A stretch of 45,304 nucleotides of DNA from the IMG/VR virus record IMGVR_UViG_3300044445_000054; one strand, given 5' to 3'. Positions 17,200 through 25,832 of this stretch are shown one piece after another (positions within the stretch are counted from its first letter, which is position 1; each line of letters starts with the position of its first letter). The translations under genes and the position numbers were made by a program. Source of the stretch: a virus. Its lineage: Duplodnaviria > Heunggongvirae > Uroviricota > Caudoviricetes. The notes beneath the pieces were generated by a model. It worked only from the letters and a program-made list of their open reading frames with translations. It did no database searches and had not been told where the DNA came from.

Positions 17200-17207
17200 A
17201 ATGCACG

Positions 17208-17239
17208 AGAGGCGGTCCAATGGGCCGCCTCTTTTGTTT
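17208..17239 (+). terminator. Rho-independent terminator after the tail-tube gene
   Basis: AGAGGCGGTCC-AAT-GGGCCGCCTCT followed by TTTGTTT. Confidence 0.85.
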
Positions 17240-17248
17240 GGAGCCATC

Positions 17249-17740
17249 GTGGCTGAAATCCCCGTCGAACACGTCCGTGACTCGCACAAGCTCCTCGCCG
17301 ACGGGCGGGTCGATTTGTTCGAGCTGACGCCGTCGGGCGGCACGGGTGTTATCCGGTTCAAGAACGACAACAACGTCACATGGCGCGGCCAGCTCTACAC
17401 CGGCCTGCCGCTAACGCTCACCGGCGAGAAGCGCAGCGATAACGGCAACACCATGCCGCGGCTCCAGATCGGTCAGCCCAACATCGACATCTCGCAGTTC
17501 AAGGCGCTGGTCTACGACGGGTATCTGGACAACGCGATCGTCACCAAGATCACGGTGCTGCTCGACAACCTCATCAACAACCGCTTCATCCGCGAGACCA
17601 CGACCTACCGCGTCAAGCGCGTCGAGGGCTACTCGCGTTCGCAGATTAGCCTCCAGCTGGCGACCCTCTCCGACAGCCTCGGCTTCTCCATGCCCTACCG
17701 GACGTACACGCCGCCGGGTTTCCCCTCGGTGCAAATGTGA
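17249..17740 (+). CDS. Minor tail protein, lambda gpL-like N-terminal domain
   Basis: GTG 17249 with GGAG SD. LFEL...IRF.N...V.WRGQ.Y...P....G...S..G..PRL pattern. Confidence 0.7.
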   Translation: MAEIPVEHVRDSHKLLADGRVDLFELTPSGGTGVIRFKNDNNVTWRGQLYTGLPLTLTGEKRSDNGNTMPRLQIGQPNIDISQFKALVYDGYLDNAIVTKITVLLDNLINNRFIRETTTYRVKRVEGYSRSQISLQLATLSDSLGFSMPYRTYTPPGFPSVQM

Positions 17741-18204
17741 TGAAGTACGAGCACCTTGTCGGCCGACCCTTCACGGGCATCGGCCGCGACGATTGCCTCA
17801 AGCTGATGCGCGACGTCTACCGCGACAACTTCGGCATCGAGATTTCCGACTACGCGCGCCCGCACGACTGGTCCTCGGACACGCTCGATCTCATGCGCCT
17901 GTGCTACCGGCGCGAGCGGTTCGAGATGATTACGGACTGGCGTCCGACGGACTTGCGGCCGGGCGATCTGCTATGTATGGCGATCGGCAGCAGCAATGCG
18001 AACCACTTCGCCGTGTACCTCGGCGACGACCAGATCATCCACCACCTGTACGGACGCATGTCGTCGGTCGAGGTGTTCCGAGACTTCTACCGCAACTCGA
18101 TCTGCTACGTGCTGCGGCACCCCGACGTCCCCAACCTCACGCCGGTCTACCCCGACGTGGACATTGCGAGTTTGCTCCGTGCTCGAAACAATCCTCCAGC
18201 CTGA
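17737..18204 (+). CDS. NlpC/P60 peptidase-domain tail assembly protein (gpK C-terminal half)
   Basis: GRDDCLKLMRDVY (catalytic Cys), LRPGDLL, NHFAVYLGDDQIIHH (His). Confidence 0.85.
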   Translation: MMKYEHLVGRPFTGIGRDDCLKLMRDVYRDNFGIEISDYARPHDWSSDTLDLMRLCYRRERFEMITDWRPTDLRPGDLLCMAIGSSNANHFAVYLGDDQIIHHLYGRMSSVEVFRDFYRNSICYVLRHPDVPNLTPVYPDVDIASLLRARNNPPA

Positions 18205-18511
18205 CGACACCGAGGAGCGCTGCGGCCTCATCCTCAACGACGACTCGCTGGTCGAGATCGAGAACACCGCCGACGACAAGACGGGTAGCTACCACATGCG
18301 CGCCGAAGCGGTCCTGCCGTTCCTCGCCGCCGGGATGGTCAAGGGTACGTGGCACACGCACCCGAACAGCGACCCGACCTTGAGTGGTGAGGATTATTCC
18401 GGCTTCCTTGATTGGCCCGGTCTGGTGCATAGCATCGTCGGCCGCCGCGATGGCGCGGTAGTCGTGACGACCTACAAGGTCGAGGACGGGCTGGTGATCG
18501 CATGCGACTAA
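18179..18511 (+). CDS. JAB/MPN (JAMM) domain protein (gpK N-terminal half)
   Basis: EERCGLIL...WHTHPNSDPTLSGED is a complete JAMM motif. Start is uncertain (GTG 18179 or TTG 18164). Confidence 0.85.
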   Translation: MLETILQPDDTEERCGLILNDDSLVEIENTADDKTGSYHMRAEAVLPFLAAGMVKGTWHTHPNSDPTLSGEDYSGFLDWPGLVHSIVGRRDGAVVVTTYKVEDGLVIACD

Positions 18512-19032
18512 TCTTCCACGGCCAGCTCCGCACCCTCTTCGGCCCCGACGTGGTCATGGTCGCGCACCGCGTCGGCGATGCGATCGAGGGCTTCTCGCGT
18601 CAGGTCGCGTGGCCCAAGGACATGCTGATCGACGTGGTCGGTTTCAACACGCCCGAGAGCTTCCACGACTTCGCCGAGGAAGTTCACATCATGCCCGCGA
18701 TGCGCGGCGGCGGCGGCAAGTTCGGATCGATCATTCTCGGCGCGGCGGTGGTCGCGCTGGGTGTCGCCCTGATCGCCACGCCCTTCGGCATCCCGCTGAT
18801 CGTCAGCGGCGGCTTGATGATCGCGCAGGGCGTCATCGGCCTGTTCTTGAAATCCCCGACGATCAAGGGCGTCAATGACCCCGAGGCGTCGAAGTACCTG
18901 CCCATCAACCGCAACACCACCGCGGTCGGCACCGTCATCACGATGGCGTGGGGCACGATCGATCTGGCCGGACACTGGCTCAGCCTCCAGTCCGACAGCA
19001 ACAATATCTCCTACGGCGTCTTCCCAGCATAA
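18502..19032 (+). CDS. Tail assembly protein, lambda gpI-like
   Basis: MRLIFHGQLRTLFG ubiquitin-like N-terminus, IHIMPAMRGGGGK motif and a hydrophobic Gly-rich segment. Confidence 0.8.
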   Translation: MRLIFHGQLRTLFGPDVVMVAHRVGDAIEGFSRQVAWPKDMLIDVVGFNTPESFHDFAEEVHIMPAMRGGGGKFGSIILGAAVVALGVALIATPFGIPLIVSGGLMIAQGVIGLFLKSPTIKGVNDPEASKYLPINRNTTAVGTVITMAWGTIDLAGHWLSLQSDSNNISYGVFPA

Positions 19033-19041
19033 GGACTGAAC

Positions 19042-20289
19042 ATGGACACTGCCACCCTCGAAAAGCTCAAGCCTTGGGCCACACCAATCCAGAGCGGCTA
19101 CATCGACGCGATCATCGCCAGCGACGGCAACGTCAAGAAAGCCGCCGAGCTTCTCGACCGTCACCCCCGTAAGGTCCAAGAGGCGATCGCTCGCGTCCGC
19201 CTCGCCGCCGCCGGGCACGGATTTAGCCCGGAGCACGGCCTCAACTCACCAGTGCCCGCTCCGTTCATCGCCAAGGGCCACTCGACGCTCGAACGCGTGG
19301 AACTGGACGGCTCCCGCACCCCGGTCCTCCAATGGACCAAGACCCGCCTCGACGATCATGCGTGGGCCGACCAGATCAAGCTCGGCGTCGAAGCCATGCT
19401 GGCCGACATCGAGCCGCGCGAGCTGCCCGCCGCGCCGCTGATCGGCGATCGTGACCTGATCCCGTGGATCCAGATTGGCGACGCCCACCTCGGCATGCTG
19501 GCCCACGAGGCCGAGACCGGAGCCAACTTCGACCTCAAGATCGCCGAAGCCGAGCTGATGGGCGCGATCGACATTCTGATCGACGACCTGCCCGAGGTCG
19601 AGCGCCTTGTCATCAACGACCTCGGCGACTTCACCCACTACGAGAACATGGCAGGCGTCACCGAGCACAGCCGCAACGTGCTGGACTACGACGGCCGGTT
19701 CCCGAAGATGATCGAGGTCTATTCGCGCATGATGCGCGGGATCATCGAGAAGGCGCTGACCAAGGCCGCCGTCGTGGACGTGATCGTCAATCAGGGCAAT
19801 CACAGCCGCACGAACGACATCTGGATGGCGGTGCTGCTGCGGGCGCTGTACGAGGGCAGCGGGCGCGTCAACGTCCTGAACAACCGTTCGCCGTTCATCG
19901 GCTACCGGATGGGCAACACGTTCGTGATGACGCACCACTCCGACACCTGCAAGCCCGCCCGGCTGGCGTCGGTCATGGCGACCGACTTCGCCCGCGACTG
20001 GGGTGAGTGCGACTACCGCTACATCGACATCGGCCACATCCATCACGGCATGGTCCTGAAGGAGCATCCGGGCGTCGTGATCGAGAGCTTCAACCAGCTC
20101 GCGGCCAAGGACAAGTGGGCCACCGACGGCGGCTATCGCAGTCGCCAGTCGATCTCCATGATCTATCGCTCGCGCACGTACGGCGAGATCGGCCGCCGTC
20201 TCCTGCCGCTGCGGCAGGTGCAGGACCGCATCCGCATGACGGCCACGGACCACTACGTCGCACCGGAGCGGCGGGCCTTCACCGTCTAA
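19042..20289 (+). CDS. Calcineurin-like metallophosphoesterase with N-terminal helix-turn-helix-like region
   Basis: All five metal motifs are present: IGDAHLG, DLGDFTH, QGNHS, THHSD, IGHIHH. N-terminus GNVKKAAELLDRHPRKV is HTH-like. Confidence 0.8.
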   Translation: MDTATLEKLKPWATPIQSGYIDAIIASDGNVKKAAELLDRHPRKVQEAIARVRLAAAGHGFSPEHGLNSPVPAPFIAKGHSTLERVELDGSRTPVLQWTKTRLDDHAWADQIKLGVEAMLADIEPRELPAAPLIGDRDLIPWIQIGDAHLGMLAHEAETGANFDLKIAEAELMGAIDILIDDLPEVERLVINDLGDFTHYENMAGVTEHSRNVLDYDGRFPKMIEVYSRMMRGIIEKALTKAAVVDVIVNQGNHSRTNDIWMAVLLRALYEGSGRVNVLNNRSPFIGYRMGNTFVMTHHSDTCKPARLASVMATDFARDWGECDYRYIDIGHIHHGMVLKEHPGVVIESFNQLAAKDKWATDGGYRSRQSISMIYRSRTYGEIGRRLLPLRQVQDRIRMTATDHYVAPERRAFTV

Positions 20290-20292
20290 GGC

Positions 20293-20316
20293 GGTTGCCG
20301 GTCTTCTGTGTTGCAT
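20293..20316 (+). promoter_or_regulatory. Putative late promoter variant GGTTG-N13-TTGCAT
   Basis: Starts 4 nt after the upstream stop. TTGCAT begins 35 nt before the tape-measure ATG. Confidence 0.4.
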
Positions 20317-20319
20317 AAA

Positions 20320-20350
20320 GCCATCGCCCGCGGCACACGCGGGCGATGGC
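20320..20350 (+). promoter_or_regulatory. Perfect 13-bp hairpin burying the tape-measure start codon
   Basis: GCCATCGCCCGCG-GCACA-CGCGGGCGATGGC. ATG 20346-20348 lies inside the 3' arm. Confidence 0.65.
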
Positions 20351-23300
20351 CAATAACGTCTATACTCAAGAAGTTTTCTTCGATGCCGACGGCAGGCCAG
20401 TTCTTGACGCCCTCAAGAGCGTCGAGGGCTTCTTTCTTAACATCCAGAAAATCGTCTCTGGCATCGGCATTAAGTCGAAGGAAGACGCGCAGGCATGGGG
20501 CCTCCAGCTCTCCCAGAACCTCAGTGCGCTCAAGCAGGCACAGAGCGACATGCGTGCCATCCAGCAGAACCGCGAGTCCTATCAAAATAAGAAGGGCTTC
20601 GGTCAGCTGGAAGCGGCCGAGAAGGAGTCCAACCGCAAGCGGCTGATCGAGTACAAGGTGCTGACCGCCGACAAGGCGCGGGAGGCAAAGGAAGAGGCCA
20701 GCGTCGAGAAGGCCTTGGCTCGCGAGGTTGCAGGCTACGAGGCCGAGCTGCTGCGCGCACAGGTCGCCCAGCAGAAGGCCGCCGACCGCGCCGCCATCGC
20801 GTCGGCCAAGGAAGTCGCCGCCGCCCGCCGCGAGGCGGCGCAGGCCGCCGTCACCGCCAAGGCGCGCGGGATCACGAACCGTGACGACATCACCGCCGCC
20901 AAGGCTGCGAGCGACGCCCGGCTGGCGCAGCTGCGGCGCGAACGTGAGGCGATGGCCTCCAACGACGTGGCCGCCGCCCGTACCATCGCCGACCGGATCA
21001 ATCTGGAGAAGGTGCTGGGACGCGAGCTGGACGCCACGCTCGCCAAGCTGAACCGGCAGACGGTGGCCGAAGAGAAGGCGCGTGACGCCGCCAACCGGCG
21101 GCTGACGGGCGTCGCCTACAAGGATCAGGCGCTGCTCGCGCCGTCTGCCGTGCAGAAGACGGCGGCGAACCTCGGCGCGGTTGGGGCGCGCGACTTCTAT
21201 AAGAACGAGCAGGCGACGGCTCAGTCGATCCTGCGCGCCCGCATCGCCGACACTCGGTCGACGCTGGAGTCGCGCGTCGAGGCACAGCGCAATCTGGAGA
21301 TCGCCAACCGGCGTGTGATCGAGGCCCAGAAGCTGGTCAACGAGGAGAACAAGGTCGCCGCTGCGCAGGAGCGCCAGCTGCGCGCCGCCGAGCGCCTCAC
21401 CCTGCAGGAGCAGCGCACGACCGAGCAGGCGGCGCGTCGTGCATTGCAGGAGCAGCGCAACGCCGAGTTCGAAGCGCGTCGTTCGCCGATGGGCCGGATC
21501 AAGACGGCGGCCACCAACCTCGGGCTGTACGGCGGCGTCGCGGGCGTCGGGTATGCCGCCTTTGGCGCAATCCAAGGCGGGCTGAGCGAAGTCATCCAGA
21601 TGGAAGACGAGCTGGCCAAGCTGCAAGCGATCGCCAACGCCACGGAGCCGCAGCTTCAGAAGATGAAGTCGGCGATCTACAGCATCGGCGAGGCGTCGCG
21701 CTTCTCCAACGTCGATCTCGCCAAGGTGGCGCAGACGCTGGCACAGGCCGGTGTGACCGCGGGCGACATGCAGAAGGTGCTGTCCAGCGTCACCACGCTG
21801 GCGACCGCGTCCGGCTCCACGCCTGACGAGGCCGTGAACCTCGTCACGTCGGCGCTCGGCGCGTTCCAGCTCCAGTCGAGCGAGGCAGCGCGCATCGCCG
21901 ACCTGATGACGTCGGCCCTGAACCGCACCAAGCTCACCGTGCAGCAGACCGGCCAGGCGATCCAGTACGTCGGTGCCACCGCGTTCGAGCAGAACATCAG
22001 CCTCGAACAGCTGCTCGCCACCGTCGGTGCCATCGCGCAGGCAGGTGTTCGGTCCGGCTCGACGATCGGTACGGGCTTCCGCCAGTTCCTCGTCGATCTC
22101 CAGACGCCCTCAACCAAGTTGCAGGCTCAGCTCGACGCCGTCGGGCTGTCAGCGGCGCAGGTCAACGTCGCCGTCCGCGGCCTGCCCGCGGTCCTGAAGT
22201 CGCTGAACGAGGCGGGCTTCGGGGCGGCACAGGCGTATGGCGGGCTGGAGACGCGCGCGGCGGCCTTCTACCTTGTCGCCAAGAACAACACCGACATCAT
22301 GGATCAGCTCCAGATGTCGTTCGCCCAGCAGGGCGCGGCGGCGATCGCCAACGAGCGGGCGATGAACTCGCTCACGGCGCAGTGGCAGCGCTTCAAGAAC
22401 ATCCTGTCGAGCGGCTTTGCCGACAGCCTCGAAGTGCCGATGCGGTTCTTGCAGGACTTGCTCAAGCGCCTGTCGGATCGACAGCTGGAGCTGGACGCGG
22501 CGGCCGAGAAGCTGTCGCGCGCCGACAAGGGCGGGCTGGAGGGCTACCAGCAGGAGTACGGCACGGTCAGCGGCGCGGTCGGCTATTCGCTGAACACCGC
22601 CGGTCGCGATGCGATGCAGCAGGCGGCCGACGACATCAAGTTCATCCTGAACGGCTTCGGGCTGACCCAGCTTGCGGGCGTCGAAGGCATCGGCGACCAG
22701 TGGATCGCCTATACGCAGAAGATCGCGGGCGCGAAGGATGCGACGGACGACTTCGCTACGTCGGTGGCGATGAACAGCGAGAACGTCGAGGCGCAGTCCA
22801 ACAAGATCAGCGAGCTGGACAAGGAAATGGGTCGCCTGCTGACGCAGCAGGATAGCCTCAAGGATGGCAGCACGCAGGTCTCGGTCGAGACCGTGAACCT
22901 GACCTCGCGCTTCCAAGGGCTGGCCAAGTTCCTCACCAACGCCAAGGACAAGTACGGCGACCTGATGCAGGCGATGCAGCGGTATCGCCAAGAGGCATTG
23001 CAGACGCAGAACGCCTATCTCAACAGCCAGATTTCGACGTTCGGCGAGCAGGCCAGCATGGCGCAGGGCCGCGCCACGACGCTCGCCAATGAGGCGCTGA
23101 GCAGCGGACGCTACAACAACGACCCGCGCCTCATCCAGGCTCTCAAGCAGCCGCGACTTCTCGGCAACGCCAGCTACATCGCCGATGCGGGTGAGACGCG
23201 CAACGACCCGGTGCTGCGCGAGCTGAGCAAGAACGTCGGCACGCTCGCAATGGCGACGGCCGAGCAGAACATCGCGCGGCAGCAGCGGGACAGCGTTCGC

Positions 23301-25430
23301 ACGCAGGCGACCACCGGCGGCCAGTCGCTGGAGCAGCGCACGCTGGCGAGCGAGAGCGCGCTGACCAAGTTCACCAGCCTGTCGCAGGACGAGCAGAGGG
23401 CACAGGCTCCCGCGCTGCGGGCACAGGTTCAGGCGATCGCTTCCGAGACCGCAGCGCGGCTCGCCAACCCGAAGACCGCCGACGCCGCCCGTGCGACGCT
23501 CAGGACGTGGGAGGTGCGTGCCAACGCCGTGCTCAAGGGCGTGGACGCTGCGCTGGCCCCGACGAAGGGTGAGATCAAAGCCGCCGCGGCTGCAGAGCGG
23601 GAGCGCAAGGCGTCCGAGCGGACGGCCAGCCGTAACGAGACGCTGGTCACGCAGGCCGACATCGACAAGTTCGGGCAAGACCTCGGGCTGACGCTCGGCA
23701 GCGGCGTCCGCACCAAGGCGGAGCAGAACAGCCTGCACGCACGCGGTGTCACGCGCGCGACGGGTGATACCTCGTCGCACTCGAACGGCGGTGTTGCCCG
23801 CGACTTCGGCGTGCGTGGGCTAGACGACGGAGCGGCCGAGCGGATGGCCGCCACGCTCCGTGCCCAGTACCGCGCCGCGGGGATCGAGGCGCGGGTCAAG
23901 TATGAGCGCGGCGGGCCGAACGATGGCACCGGCCGCCACATCCACGTCGACGTTCGCAAGGGCGCGAAGCGTCGCAGCGATCGTAGCGAGGAGTTGCAGG
24001 ACAACAACGAGCTGGACATCGCTCGGTCGCAGTCGTCGCTCGACGAAGAAGACGTGAAGATCAAGCTCAAGGACGTTGCGCAGGCGAGCCAAGATACGTT
24101 CGACGCGGCGACCAAGGCGGCCCGCGCCGCGCTCGACAAGCTCAACGGCGGCCTCGAAAGCCTCGCGCTGCAAGAACTGGCGACCAGCGGTGTTGCGCCC
24201 GGCACGCCCGAGTTCTCGGCCAAGCTGTTGCAGGTCCGTCAGTCGATCGCCCAGAACAAGGCCGAGTTCGAGCAGAAGATTGCCGACGCGATCATCAAGA
24301 GCACCGAAGCGCAGATCGAGTCGGCGCAGACGGCGTTCGACCAGCAGACCTCCGGCGCGGCGGGCACGCTGGCATATTCGCAGGCGAGCGCGGGTGGGCT
24401 GGAAGCCTACTCGCTGCGCAACCGTGTGCCCGACTACGTCAAGCAGCTGGCGAACGACCGGATTGGTGCGGGTCAAGAGAACCTCGCGCGCGTTCAGTAC
24501 GCCGCCCTGCCTTCGCAGATTGCCGCGCAGCAGGCCGCCATCGCCGCGGCGATCGCTACCTCCGACAAGGAGGGCGTGACCGAGCAGACGCAGGCCAAGA
24601 TCGCGGGCATGAACGTCGAGCTGGAGAAGCTGATCGCGAACCGCGAGGCGCTGGCGGCGCAGCTCGGCGCGGGCGGACTGGTGCCGACCACCTTGGGTGC
24701 AGGACTTGAGCAGGCCATTCAGGCGTTCCGTCAGGCGAACGTGCTGGGCAACACCTTCAGCCAAGACCTCATCATGAACATGGGCGGGGCGCTGGAACAG
24801 GTCAACGGCGGTCTGACGAGCATGTTCACGTCGATCATCGAAGGCTCGTCGTCGGCGCTCGGTGCCTTCGCCAGCTTCTCGAAGGGCATCATGGCCTACA
24901 TGGTGCAGATCGCGGCGAAGGCCGTGGCGACCAAGCTGATCGGCCTGCTGCTCAACTTCGCGAGCATCGGCGTCGGCGGGACAGCGTCGGGCGGCGGCAA
25001 CGCCGCGGCCTCCGGCAGCGCAGGTAGTGTGTCGCTCGGCGGGCGCAGCGTGGTCCCATTCGTCAGCAACTTCAAGGGCGGCCCAATCACCGGCTACGAG
25101 CGCGGCGGCGAGGTCATGAATGGCTCGCGCAGCCGCGACAGCGTCAACTCCAAGCTGGCGCGCGGCGAGTTCGTCATGCAGAACTCGGCCGTCGACAGCG
25201 TTGGCACCGAGTTCATGGCACAGCTCAACCAGCACGGCGCGCGTGCGCTGGATGGATTGCAGGCGATGCCGAAGCTCGATATGCAGACGAAGACCGAGAC
25301 CAACGTCTGGGTGGTGCCGGGTGATCGGCCGCAGACGATGGGTCCGAACGACGTCAAGCTCGTCCTGACCGAAGAGTTGATGTACGGCGACACCAAGCGG
25401 CTGGTGCAGCACATCGTGAGGGAGGGGTAA
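20346..25430 (+). CDS. Tape measure protein with embedded peptidase M15-like domain
   Basis: 1694 aa, Ala/Gln-rich and helical, with a TP901-like core. SSH1145-x7-D1153...H1198-x-H1200. C-terminal GG...RDSV...L.RGEFVM...AV motif. Confidence 0.9.
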   Translation: MANNVYTQEVFFDADGRPVLDALKSVEGFFLNIQKIVSGIGIKSKEDAQAWGLQLSQNLSALKQAQSDMRAIQQNRESYQNKKGFGQLEAAEKESNRKRLIEYKVLTADKAREAKEEASVEKALAREVAGYEAELLRAQVAQQKAADRAAIASAKEVAAARREAAQAAVTAKARGITNRDDITAAKAASDARLAQLRREREAMASNDVAAARTIADRINLEKVLGRELDATLAKLNRQTVAEEKARDAANRRLTGVAYKDQALLAPSAVQKTAANLGAVGARDFYKNEQATAQSILRARIADTRSTLESRVEAQRNLEIANRRVIEAQKLVNEENKVAAAQERQLRAAERLTLQEQRTTEQAARRALQEQRNAEFEARRSPMGRIKTAATNLGLYGGVAGVGYAAFGAIQGGLSEVIQMEDELAKLQAIANATEPQLQKMKSAIYSIGEASRFSNVDLAKVAQTLAQAGVTAGDMQKVLSSVTTLATASGSTPDEAVNLVTSALGAFQLQSSEAARIADLMTSALNRTKLTVQQTGQAIQYVGATAFEQNISLEQLLATVGAIAQAGVRSGSTIGTGFRQFLVDLQTPSTKLQAQLDAVGLSAAQVNVAVRGLPAVLKSLNEAGFGAAQAYGGLETRAAAFYLVAKNNTDIMDQLQMSFAQQGAAAIANERAMNSLTAQWQRFKNILSSGFADSLEVPMRFLQDLLKRLSDRQLELDAAAEKLSRADKGGLEGYQQEYGTVSGAVGYSLNTAGRDAMQQAADDIKFILNGFGLTQLAGVEGIGDQWIAYTQKIAGAKDATDDFATSVAMNSENVEAQSNKISELDKEMGRLLTQQDSLKDGSTQVSVETVNLTSRFQGLAKFLTNAKDKYGDLMQAMQRYRQEALQTQNAYLNSQISTFGEQASMAQGRATTLANEALSSGRYNNDPRLIQALKQPRLLGNASYIADAGETRNDPVLRELSKNVGTLAMATAEQNIARQQRDSVRTQATTGGQSLEQRTLASESALTKFTSLSQDEQRAQAPALRAQVQAIASETAARLANPKTADAARATLRTWEVRANAVLKGVDAALAPTKGEIKAAAAAERERKASERTASRNETLVTQADIDKFGQDLGLTLGSGVRTKAEQNSLHARGVTRATGDTSSHSNGGVARDFGVRGLDDGAAERMAATLRAQYRAAGIEARVKYERGGPNDGTGRHIHVDVRKGAKRRSDRSEELQDNNELDIARSQSSLDEEDVKIKLKDVAQASQDTFDAATKAARAALDKLNGGLESLALQELATSGVAPGTPEFSAKLLQVRQSIAQNKAEFEQKIADAIIKSTEAQIESAQTAFDQQTSGAAGTLAYSQASAGGLEAYSLRNRVPDYVKQLANDRIGAGQENLARVQYAALPSQIAAQQAAIAAAIATSDKEGVTEQTQAKIAGMNVELEKLIANREALAAQLGAGGLVPTTLGAGLEQAIQAFRQANVLGNTFSQDLIMNMGGALEQVNGGLTSMFTSIIEGSSSALGAFASFSKGIMAYMVQIAAKAVATKLIGLLLNFASIGVGGTASGGGNAAASGSAGSVSLGGRSVVPFVSNFKGGPITGYERGGEVMNGSRSRDSVNSKLARGEFVMQNSAVDSVGTEFMAQLNQHGARALDGLQAMPKLDMQTKTETNVWVVPGDRPQTMGPNDVKLVLTEELMYGDTKRLVQHIVREG

Positions 25431-25831
25431 TGGCGATCTTCAACTTCTGCCCCACCGGGACGGTGCCAGAGACATTGCCGCGCGATGCGCCGCAGACTGC
25501 CATGACCATGAACGGCTGGCAGTTCGCGGCCCGTCCGACCACGCCGTACCAGCGCAAGTTCAAGCTGACGCTCTACGGCCTGCGGTGGTTTATTCGTGAG
25601 ACCGACGGTAGCTTCGACACGACGACGCAGACCAGCATCAACGCCCGTTTGCTTGAGCTATTCTATCAGGAGCACGAGACGTGGAAGCCGTTTACTTATC
25701 GACATCAGCACTTCGGTGACCTCGAATGTCGTTTTGCTACCCCGCTGATCGTGCCCGCTGGTATGCCCAACAGCAACGGCCTCATCAAGTCGGTCGAGGC
25801 GACCCTCATCGAACACAATCCGGGGTACTAA
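25430..25831 (+). CDS. Distal tail protein, lambda gpM-like
   Basis: 133 aa directly after the TMP (TAATG). RKFKLTL...FY.EH..WKPF.Y.H pattern. Confidence 0.7.
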   Translation: MAIFNFCPTGTVPETLPRDAPQTAMTMNGWQFAARPTTPYQRKFKLTLYGLRWFIRETDGSFDTTTQTSINARLLELFYQEHETWKPFTYRHQHFGDLECRFATPLIVPAGMPNSNGLIKSVEATLIEHNPGY

Positions 25832-25832
25832 G

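Noticed and set aside
17170-17200. Frameshift or read-through extension of the ordinary tail tube (SPP1 gp17.1*-style)
   Set aside because: No slippery heptamer at the 3' end. Read-through hits TGA after three more codons and a terminator follows. Decoration is supplied by the paralogue instead.
20293-20316. Sigma54 promoter reading of the GGTTG...TTGC motif
   Set aside because: The GG and GC dinucleotides are not at the obligatory -24/-12 spacing.
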